Virus record (IMG/VR): IMGVR_UViG_3300030493_000012
Origin: a virus
Reading direction: 5' to 3' (one strand)
Length of the DNA: 64,000 nt
Part shown: piece by piece, positions 1 through 7,429 of the stretch
How the letters are laid out: every line of letters begins with the position of its first letter
Numbering within the stretch: position 1 is the stretch's first letter
Position numbers and translations under genes: made by a program
The notes under the pieces: model-generated
The model's input: the letters and a program-made list of their open reading frames with translations, nothing else
What the model was told of the DNA's origin: nothing
Database searches by the model: none

Positions 1-27
1 ATTGTTTGATTAAACCAGCGAGAGCAA

Positions 28-657
28 TTAATGATAACGATAAGCCACATTTTTAACTTTGGTTGACCAGCAAAGCCGACAATCCAAACATTTATTGTTT
101 TGTTTTGGTGCGCGGCAAGTCCAGCCATTCCTAACAACCGTTGATGTTGTAACACCAAGGCTTTGCGCCAAAGTTGTAAAGGCCGGGCCATCAATCATGT
201 AACTTGAAAGCCTAATATTCAGGTTTTTCGGAACCTTGTTACCCTTTTTAATATAAGAACTGACAATCGAAATCTCTTTAGTTGGCAACCAAAATTTAAT
301 CCGGCCACACAAAGAGGCAATTTCGCAAATTTGAGCCAGCATTTTTTCAGATTGCAAATCTCCCGAATCAAACCAACGAAAGTAACCGCTTGATTCTGTG
401 GCATTTATAACGGTTGCCATTGCCAGCACAAAATTAGGATGATTAAAAGCATTTAGCCGAAAATCATGGGCATTTTTAACATTATCATAAAGATAATTAC
501 CACGGCGAGCATAGCATTTATTGCAAACGCTTCCCTCAATTTCATATAATTTGCCGCCAGTAATGCATTTTAGTGCCGAAATTGAATAACCATAACAAGG
601 CATTTTGCTTGGTTCGCTCAAATTACCAATAATGGCCTTTGCTTCGTTTAATGTCAT
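28..657 (-). CDS. GP88-family (phage gene product 88-like) Cys-rich, putative Fe-S protein
   Basis: LSEPSKMPC...KC...CNKCYA, FRWFDSGD, FWLPTKE and C-terminal CRAP...KCLDCRLCW motifs typical of GP88-like phage proteins. Confidence 0.75.
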   Translation of the reverse strand: MTLNEAKAIIGNLSEPSKMPCYGYSISALKCITGGKLYEIEGSVCNKCYARRGNYLYDNVKNAHDFRLNAFNHPNFVLAMATVINATESSGYFRWFDSGDLQSEKMLAQICEIASLCGRIKFWLPTKEISIVSSYIKKGNKVPKNLNIRLSSYMIDGPAFTTLAQSLGVTTSTVVRNGWTCRAPKQNNKCLDCRLCWSTKVKNVAYRYH

Positions 658-663
658 ACTTAA

Positions 664-692
664 AGACTAATCTTTATTTACGTTTATGTCAA
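664..692 (-). promoter_or_regulatory. sigma70-like leaderless promoter for ORF 28..657
   Basis: TTGACA(692-687)-N17-TAGTCT(669-664)-N6-ATG(657). Confidence 0.75.
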
Positions 693-733
693 CTTATTTT
701 GTAAGGATTCACGCTTCTGGTGTAACCTAATAT

Positions 734-1624
734 ATGAAAACATTTATTTATGCTCTTTTCTGCCCAATAGACAATACGCCAAGATATGTCGGGAAATCTA
801 ACGAAATGAGATTTCCATACCGATTAAAAGAACACGTAAGGCCTTCAACACTAAAAACAAACACACATAAAAACAACTGGATAAAATGGCTTTTAAAACA
901 AGGTAAAAAACCGATTATTAAAATAATTGATATTGGTGACGAAAACACATACGCATTAAAAGAAAAATATTGGGTAAAATGCTATAAAAAGCTTGGATTT
1001 GATTTAACAAACGCAACTGAAGGAGGCGAAGGTATGGCGAGATTAAAAGACAAAAGAGTTATTAAAGAAGAACAAAAAATCAATATAAGTAACACATTAA
1101 AAAAGCTTTACAAAGAACATCCCGAAATAATTACAAAAGCAATTCCTAAAATAGTGGCGACCAGAGCAACACAAAACACAAACAAAAATTCAAAATTCAA
1201 AAAAGGGATTTCATTATGCCATCTTGGCTATAGAACATACGCTTCTAAACATCATAACCGAATAGAGATAGCCATAACTAAAACTCTGGAAGAGGCGGTT
1301 TTTATAAAAGATGTTGTCTATTTACTTTTATATCCAAACGCTTATGTTCCAATTAACGACATCAAAACATACGAAAATTTAGATAAATTAGAGTTTATTA
1401 AAAAAATCTTAAGAAAATCTTATTCAAGTAGGTTTTATGGCGTAAACAAATACGGAAAAAAATGGGCGGTAAGAGATAAAAATGACAATAGAGTTGGTGT
1501 TTTTGAAACCGAGGAAGCGGCAGCGCAACAATCCGCAATAATAAGAAATTCTAATATTGAAAGTATCACCAGAAAAGATAAATTTGATATTTTTATGGAA
1601 ATGCTCAGTGACAAAACTTATTAA
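734..1624 (+). CDS. Free-standing GIY-YIG homing endonuclease with C-terminal AP2-like DNA-binding region
   Basis: FIYAL...RYVGKS...RL.EH...E..W...LTN...GGEG; C-terminal SSRFYGVNKYGKKWAVR; antisense to neighbours. Confidence 0.85.
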   Translation: MKTFIYALFCPIDNTPRYVGKSNEMRFPYRLKEHVRPSTLKTNTHKNNWIKWLLKQGKKPIIKIIDIGDENTYALKEKYWVKCYKKLGFDLTNATEGGEGMARLKDKRVIKEEQKINISNTLKKLYKEHPEIITKAIPKIVATRATQNTNKNSKFKKGISLCHLGYRTYASKHHNRIEIAITKTLEEAVFIKDVVYLLLYPNAYVPINDIKTYENLDKLEFIKKILRKSYSSRFYGVNKYGKKWAVRDKNDNRVGVFETEEAAAQQSAIIRNSNIESITRKDKFDIFMEMLSDKTY

Positions 1625-1625
1625 T

Positions 1626-1721
1626 TCACTTTTTGTCACAAGTAAAGCCAACTGGCAGATTAAAAATTGCAATGTATTTAGGCAATTTGGCGTTACCGAA
1701 ACTGAATTTGAGTTTTTCCAT
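1626..1721 (-). pseudogene. Truncated 5' remnant of a second GP88-like gene (31 aa)
   Basis: Hand translation MEKLKFSFGNAKLPKYIAIFNLPVGFTCDKK*; own promoter TTGACA(1756-1751)-N17-CAATAT-N6-ATG(1721); stop lies 1 nt from the GIY-YIG stop. Confidence 0.65.
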
Positions 1722-1756
1722 GATTTAATATTGTATTTAATTTCCGAAAATGTCAA

Positions 1757-1996
1757 CTAAAACATTGAAGCAAAATCGGCGCGGCCATCGCTCCATCCAT
1801 AACTATAACCATTGGCAAAATTCCTAGCTTCTTTTTCTTCTTTAATATAGAAAGTTTTGACTAAGGTTTTTTGTTTGGTTTCGCCGTTTTCAACATAAAC
1901 AGCAATGCCTTTACCCCACAATCCGACACAAACCATTGATTGTGAATTACCTAGTTGAGCCGCAAAAAGCATTTCTTTAATGTCGTTAATAATCAT
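1757..1996 (-). CDS. Hypothetical protein with own leaderless promoter (2003-2031)
   Basis: ORF track; TTGACT-N17-TAACCT-N6-ATG. Confidence 0.6.
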   Translation of the reverse strand: MIINDIKEMLFAAQLGNSQSMVCVGLWGKGIAVYVENGETKQKTLVKTFYIKEEKEARNFANGYSYGWSDGRADFASMF

Positions 1997-2264
1997 ATTT
2001 TTAGGTTAAGCTAAATTCCAAACAAAGTCAACTTTTTATTTTATTTAAATAAGCGAGAGCAACTAGTCAAGCGCACAATTAATATTTTCTGTATCAATTT
2101 TAAAACTATCACTAACAAAAGTCCCCTCTGGTAATTCAGCGTTATCTGCCTTATTGATAGCCTCTTCCAGACAAGATGCCTCAATTTCCATGTCGCCGCA
2201 CATTGTCCAAGTAACAGGAATAGTAAATCTCATGTCTATATTTAAGGCTTAATTAACGAAAATG

Positions 2265-2543
2265 TCAAGTTTGTTCTGGCGCAAATCCGTCAATAGAAAT
2301 AATATTGTAAATCTCGGTTTTCTCAATTTTGAGAATTTCAATTTTGTCTCTCAAAGTTTGATTATGCATTCGCTCTAAAAACTCTATATACTCAATAGCC
2401 GCCGCTTCGTTTAGAAAAATACTATTAACATCAATATTGGCAAGAAATCTTTCTAACGGGTTTAAGTGTGCCGTGTATTCAAACTCAAAATACTTTTCAG
2501 TATTTTTAAGGCGCAAAACATAATAAGTGGAGATTTTCGTCAT
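2265..2543 (-). CDS. Hypothetical protein
   Basis: ORF track; TGA stop lies inside the next TTGACA box. Confidence 0.6.
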   Translation of the reverse strand: MTKISTYYVLRLKNTEKYFEFEYTAHLNPLERFLANIDVNSIFLNEAAAIEYIEFLERMHNQTLRDKIEILKIEKTEIYNIISIDGFAPEQT

Positions 2544-2578
2544 GTTCTAATGATGAATTAAAAAGATTAAGAAGTCAA

Positions 2579-2773
2579 CTATTTAATACCTAATTCCGGC
2601 AAAGAACCAACAATATTTTTCAAAACATTTCTAATTGGTTTTAAATCAACCATTACCGCCCGAACAGCGACGTTTGGATGAACAGTAGATTTAATTACAT
2701 TTTCAAGTGCTTGAACGAAAATTTTCTTTTCCGATTCTAACTGTTGAATCCGAGCTATCAAATTAGTATCCAT
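2579..2773 (-). CDS. Hypothetical protein (start revised to MDTNL at 2773)
   Basis: TTGACT(2808-2803)-N17-TATTCT-N6-ATG(2773). Confidence 0.6.
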   Translation of the reverse strand: MDTNLIARIQQLESEKKIFVQALENVIKSTVHPNVAVRAVMVDLKPIRNVLKNIVGSLPELGIK

Positions 2774-2970
2774 ATTTAAAGAATAGATTTTCGTAACAAA
2801 GAAGTCAATTATAAAAAGAAATAAGAGCAAGAAAAATCAAAGCTTCCAAATCTGATACGATGGGAAAGCAACAATAAATCTCACCCTCGACTATTTTACA
2901 CTTTTTAGTTATTAAAATCAATTATTTTGTTATGTTTTTCCAAGTTTTGAGTGTAAGATATTATGATACG

Positions 2971-3348
2971 ATGGTAATAACCCAAAATATCCTCAGTTAT
3001 GAGTCTGCTTGCCACTATGGCCTAAAAAGAGCAGAGAATAATGACATTAGAATAAGACAGGTAATTGATAGCGTGATTACTGTTAAGACAACCAAAGCCC
3101 GTAAAAAGGGTCTCCACAAACTTGCTAACATCAAGGAGGTATTTCGGGAGAACGCGCCTTCACAGTGGATGCAATCGAATAATAAATCAAATAAGATTGT
3201 TCTAAATGCTGATACCTTAAACCGACAGGGCGAAGGAACACAGTTAGAAACACAAGAACATAGGCATTGCCAGAACTTATTCTTTCAAACTAATCAGGTG
3301 AGTCTCAGAGCAAAGAGCAGAACTGAAGATACGCTACCGCGAGCCTAA
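2971..3348 (+). CDS. Orphan plus-strand hypothetical protein
   Basis: ORF in an A-rich (coding-like) plus-strand stretch; GTGTAAGAT upstream; no recognisable domain. Confidence 0.35.
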   Translation: MVITQNILSYESACHYGLKRAENNDIRIRQVIDSVITVKTTKARKKGLHKLANIKEVFRENAPSQWMQSNNKSNKIVLNADTLNRQGEGTQLETQEHRHCQNLFFQTNQVSLRAKSRTEDTLPRA

Positions 3349-3517
3349 AAGATACCGCGCTTGATTATTGGTTTATTTGGTAATTAGAAAAATTACTAAA
3401 TGGGTTTCCTTTGCTTGTTTCCTTAACCTCCAAGGCTATAGGCGAAGAAAGCACTAAATCGAAGGCGTTAGCCGAAGATTTATTAGCGGAGCTAATTAAT
3501 AAATATAAATAAATCAT

Positions 3518-3546
3518 TTGATTAGTCCGAAAACAGAGTGTATAAT
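3518..3546 (+). promoter_or_regulatory. Near-consensus sigma70 promoter on plus strand
   Basis: TTGATT(3518-3523)-N17-TATAAT(3541-3546), preceded by GTG. Confidence 0.65.
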
Positions 3547-3552
3547 CTATTG

Positions 3553-3596
3553 AGCCTTACTAGCAACTTCGGCTGGTTTAAAAGGCTTATTTTTTT
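3553..3596 (+). ncRNA. Candidate ~45-nt hairpin small RNA ending in an intrinsic terminator
   Basis: AGCCTT-ACTAGC-loop-GCTGGT-TTAA-AAGGCT followed by a T-tract, starting 6 nt after the TATAAT box. Confidence 0.4.
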
Positions 3597-3704
3597 AATT
3601 AAAATTAATTCGCGCCAGCCAAATCTAATTCATGATAAGTCCAAATACTCTCAATCATGTTGCTCTCGCTGATTGAATTAAAATTAATCTAAGAATTAGC
3701 CGCG

Positions 3705-4172
3705 TTAGCCAACATCAGCCAGTTTATAACTTCCAAGCCTCTCAATTGTCTCAGCCTCAGACATTTGCTCTCCATTATTATAAAGATTAAAATCACAACC
3801 TTTACAGCCACCAAGAACATATTTGTTTGAGCCTTCAACTGAAATAGGAACAATAAAACTTTTTTTGTTTGAATAATAATACCTCTTACCAACCTCAATT
3901 TTTGGTTTGTTCAGTTTTTCCAAGATAGAATCAATGTTGGAAAGTTCCGAAAATTCAACTAAATGGAAATCTTCTGGGGCATTGAAGGTTGCATTTATAT
4001 AAGTAGGATAATAATAAACAATTGGATAAGCATTAATACATACGTTTTTAATTGTATCTTCCAAGATGATTTCCGAAATTTTACAGCCAATTTTAGAGGC
4101 CAAAAAATAAAGCGCGGCCAGTTTTTCAGCCTGATTGTTTGTCTTAATAGCGATATTCTTAATAGTAATCAT
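3705..4172 (-). CDS. Hypothetical protein, paralog of 4231..4650
   Basis: Shared N-terminus IKTNNQAEKLAALYFLASKIGCKIS. Confidence 0.7.
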   Translation of the reverse strand: MITIKNIAIKTNNQAEKLAALYFLASKIGCKISEIILEDTIKNVCINAYPIVYYYPTYINATFNAPEDFHLVEFSELSNIDSILEKLNKPKIEVGKRYYYSNKKSFIVPISVEGSNKYVLGGCKGCDFNLYNNGEQMSEAETIERLGSYKLADVG

Positions 4173-4230
4173 AGTTTTGTGGTTTAATCTATAGTCAAAT
4201 AATACATTTTCGTGCTAATGAAGTCAAGGT

Positions 4231-4650
4231 TTAATTAGCGTCAAGCGAAAGTTTAGCCTTATACAATTCCTCAAGCACAGAGATAGGAAAACTTTGGCAT
4301 CCTACAACCACCTTATCTTTGTAAACTTTAGCTGTATGTTCTTTGTTGAGAACAACTTCCACAAACTTTAACGCTAAATAAGAATCAAAGTTTTTGAGGT
4401 CAGAAAACTTCACAATTGTTATATCGTGGCCAACGTCAGAACAGGTAGCGGTAACAATTTCGCCACTAATATAAACATAAGGATGTTGCATTACCAGACT
4501 ATTATTGGCAAGAGTATTTTTCAGAACAATATCTGAAATCTTACAGCCCGACTTTGCTGCCAAAAAGTACAAAGCCGCCAGTTTTTCAGCTTGGTTATTT
4601 ATTTTAATGCGAATATTGCTGTATTTATTGTTCATATTTTTGGTGTTCAC
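4231..4650 (-). CDS. Hypothetical protein, paralog of 3705..4172 (start may be ATG 4635)
   Basis: IKINNQAEKLAALYFLAAKSGCKIS. Confidence 0.7.
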   Translation of the reverse strand: MNTKNMNNKYSNIRIKINNQAEKLAALYFLAAKSGCKISDIVLKNTLANNSLVMQHPYVYISGEIVTATCSDVGHDITIVKFSDLKNFDSYLALKFVEVVLNKEHTAKVYKDKVVVGCQSFPISVLEELYKAKLSLDAN

Positions 4651-4875
4651 GATTTGTTACTATTAAGAGTATTGATTAAAAAGGATTAATTGTCAATCTT
4701 TATCTACATTAAATTCAACAATTTCAGAAAGCCCAACAACACAAGAGTCGCCATTTTCCAACCAAAAGTTCATATAACCTTGGCTCCATTCTAAATTAAT
4801 AATTTTAAATTGCTCGCTGGTTTTGTCTGTATAGTAAATAGTTAGTGTCATAATCAAATTATTGATTTTCGGAAC

Positions 4876-5286
4876 TTAATTGTCAATCTTTTTAACCAAT
4901 TTCACGCCATCACAAAACACTGTTTTCCAAGGGCAATTAACAACAATATTAGATTGATTAGTAAGAATAGTCTCGTTATTCCAAAATTCTATGATTATGC
5001 TTAAACGACTATTGTTACTCATTTTTCTCCCAATAACAGGATTCAAAACTTCGCACTCATAAATCCTAAGTTTTTCCATATTTCCGCAATAAGACATTGC
5101 CTCTGAAAAATCCGCAAAAACAAATAGTTTGGATTTTTTTAGCTTGGGGTAAACAAATTCATTTAATTTATATTCTACAACCAGAGAACTATCGGCAGTC
5201 CAAGAAGACCATAAACAATTATCAGAAGACTCAAAGACAACTTTGTAGTATTTTGTATTGCTCTCGCTAGTTGTGTTGTTTTCCAT
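4876..5286 (-). CDS. Expanded paralog family X, member 1 (start revised to 5286)
   Basis: YYKVV...EYKLNEFVYP...SKLFVF...IYECEV...TVFCDGVKLVKK; promoter TTGATT-N17-TATTCT-N6-ATG. Confidence 0.75.
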   Translation of the reverse strand: MENNTTSESNTKYYKVVFESSDNCLWSSWTADSSLVVEYKLNEFVYPKLKKSKLFVFADFSEAMSYCGNMEKLRIYECEVLNPVIGRKMSNNSRLSIIIEFWNNETILTNQSNIVVNCPWKTVFCDGVKLVKKIDN

Positions 5287-5361
5287 AATCAAAGAATAGA
5301 CTTTAAAAGCGGCCAAATCAAGTATTATTTATTGTAAACTTTTATAAACAAACCAAAACTA

Positions 5362-5547
5362 TTATTTAGTTCCGAAAAGTTCTGGCCGTCGCTGTTTTGC
5401 ATCACAGCCACAATCAAAGCCATTAGCAAAAGCTTTGGCTAGTTGCTCGGCATTGTGTTCGCCATAATAATCAAAACCATAAGACTCAAGTTTAATATCG
5501 TTAATATAAACAGCGTAGCAATATGTTTCGCGTTTGATTTTTGTCAT
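5362..5547 (-). CDS. Hypothetical small protein with own promoter (5554-5582)
   Basis: TTGACA-N17-TATCTT-N6-ATG. Confidence 0.6.
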   Translation of the reverse strand: MTKIKRETYCYAVYINDIKLESYGFDYYGEHNAEQLAKAFANGFDCGCDAKQRRPELFGTK

Positions 5548-5578
5548 AATTAAAAGATAGAGTAAATGAACAATGATG

Positions 5579-5686
5579 TCAATTCTTTTTAGCTCGCTTC
5601 TTGGCCTTCTTTTTAAGCTTAGATTCTTTCATTAAGTGTTGATAATAAGCATCTAACATCCAAGAGTATGATTGATTTTTTGTCAT
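5579..5686 (-). CDS. Unannotated 35-aa basic microprotein
   Basis: MTKNQSYSWMLDAYYQHLMKESKLKKKAKKRAKKN*; promoter TTGACT(5721-5716)-N17-TAATCT-N6-ATG; TGA stop inside the next -35 box. Confidence 0.6.
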   Translation of the reverse strand: MTKNQSYSWMLDAYYQHLMKESKLKKKAKKRAKKN

Positions 5687-5736
5687 GGTTTTAGATTAAG
5701 TTAAATATACACAGGAGTCAACATAAATTTTGAATC

Positions 5737-5850
5737 ACGACCTATTAAGTCGTTATTTGATTATTTCGGAATGACGACTAATTTAGTGTGTGTTTGAGTT
5801 TGGAATGACGACCAATCAAGTCGTTATTAAACCACGACCATTTTAGTCGT
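5737..5850. repeat. Array of four palindromic ACGAC-N7-GTCGT sites
   Basis: 5737-5753, 5808-5824 and 5834-5850 perfect; 5774-5790 has right half GTGTG. Confidence 0.85.
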
Positions 5851-6083
5851 ATTTCGGCGGAAAAGAGCGAGTTTCGACAGCCTCAATCAAATAACCTAAA
5901 TAACCAATTTCAATCATTCTTTATATGTATGTTATGGCTAATCTTAACTCAATCTGTGAATCTGAAAGTCTCTCTTTATTTGTAAGTCTCTCAAAACCAA
6001 ATATTTATATTTATTTTTAACCAATCTTAAAATTGTATTTTAGCCTATGTATTATCCTTATAACCGGCTCAATTTCTTATGCT

Positions 6084-6245
6084 ACGAAAATCAAAACCAA
6101 ATTAGCACGAAAATCAATTTTGTCAAAAATAAGAAACACTCTCTGTCTTATATTTAATGTCTTCAATTAGCTAGACTATAATCTTACTTAGCCCCGGCAA
6201 GGCTGTTTGTAATGCTCAATAGTCCGAAAATGATTAGTCCGAAAA
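6084..6245. repeat. Short direct repeats in AT-rich non-coding gap
   Basis: ACGAAAATCAA at 6084 and 6107; TAGTCCGAAAA at 6220 and 6235. Confidence 0.6.
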
Positions 6246-6296
6246 GCCTCGGCCAGCTAGTTTTTACTAGTACGAAAAGAGAAAAAAAGAATTATA

Positions 6297-7055
6297 TTAA
6301 TTTGTTTTCAGTCTATTAATTATAATCTCATAATACTTTTGTTCCTTCTCAATTCCAATAAAATTTCGATTAAGATTTTTAGCCGCAACCAATGTTGAGC
6401 CAGAACCGGCGCAGTTATCCAAAACTAAGTCGCCTTCATTTGAATAGGTCTTAATTAGATATTCTAATAAATCCACAGGTTTTTGCGAAGGATGCAATGT
6501 TCCTAATCTGTTTGGAATACTGGCAAACTTCTTAATTGAAGTAGGATTCCTTAATAAAGATATTTGTTTTAATGAGTCTTGTTTTTCAAGCCCGGTTGTA
6601 GATTCTCCATGATTGCGATAAGAACCAAAATTTTTACCAGTGGCAAATCTAGCCTTCGATTTCTCTGTGAAGCCTTCTCTTTCTTCTTGTATTGCATTAA
6701 ACGCACCATGATAAAAGACAGAAACGATTTCATGATTTCTCATTGGCTGCTTTTTTGATAAAGCAATTCCACTTGGTTTAGACTTATGCCAAATCCAGTC
6801 GTATCGGAAATTCTTAATATTGCTCATTCTCAAATACGAAGAAAATGGCTCGCTCCCGAAAAGTGCAATAACACAAGAATCTTTTCTTATTCTAATATAT
6901 TCTGGCCATAATTTTTCAAAAGGAATTATAATATCCCAAGAATTTGAAGTTGAGCCATAAGGAAGGTCGCAGATAATTAAATCAATTGATTTATCATCAA
7001 TTTCTTTCATCTTTTCAAGGCAGTCAGCACAGTAAACTTGATTAATTTCTAACAT
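6297..7055 (-). CDS. DNA N4-cytosine/N6-adenine methyltransferase (beta class)
   Basis: DLIICDLPYG motif IV; HPSQKP; VLDNCAGSGST SAM-binding motif I. Confidence 0.9.
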   Translation of the reverse strand: MLEINQVYCADCLEKMKEIDDKSIDLIICDLPYGSTSNSWDIIIPFEKLWPEYIRIRKDSCVIALFGSEPFSSYLRMSNIKNFRYDWIWHKSKPSGIALSKKQPMRNHEIVSVFYHGAFNAIQEEREGFTEKSKARFATGKNFGSYRNHGESTTGLEKQDSLKQISLLRNPTSIKKFASIPNRLGTLHPSQKPVDLLEYLIKTYSNEGDLVLDNCAGSGSTLVAAKNLNRNFIGIEKEQKYYEIIINRLKTN

Positions 7056-7303
7056 ATTTTATTTCAAAATACTTTCTTAAATGGTAAGCATAAGCTATTC
7101 TTTTTATTCTTAGTCTATAACTTTTCTCCCATTCTTCTGGTGCTTGCAAGATTGAATGAATTTTAGAGGCAAAATCCGCCGCTCTATCATAATAACAAAA
7201 AGGAATAAACCTACCATGATTAGCCTCAGAAAGAGCAATTTCCCAGTATTCAGAGAAAGTTAGCTTTTCTGGACTATAAATAAACAATTCTTTTTTATCC
7301 ATA

Positions 7304-7429
7304 TTAATCCTCTAATCCTAATGCTAGACTAAAACCTTCATTCAAGATTTCTTGAACTACGGACTCAGGAATATTGTGTTTGGCGGCTAACTCTTTGACC
7401 TTTTCGGCAATTTGTTCGGTTAAGTTCAT
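7304..7429 (-). CDS. Unannotated 41-aa microprotein
   Basis: MNLTEQIAEKVKELAAKHNIPESVVQEILNEGFSLALGLED*; TTGACA(7464-7459)-N17-AATAAT-N6-ATG. Confidence 0.6.
   Translation of the reverse strand: MNLTEQIAEKVKELAAKHNIPESVVQEILNEGFSLALGLED

Noticed and set aside
658-1721. Group I intron carrying GIY-YIG that would splice the 1626-1721 fragment onto 28-657
   Set aside because: ORF 28..657 has its own promoter, ATG and equivalent N-terminal Cys motif; the endonuclease is antisense and no intron core was seen
5737-5850. Possible CRISPR or mini-array
   Set aside because: Units are 17-bp palindromes with irregular 26-37 bp periods and no constant repeat/unique spacer structure; no cas genes nearby
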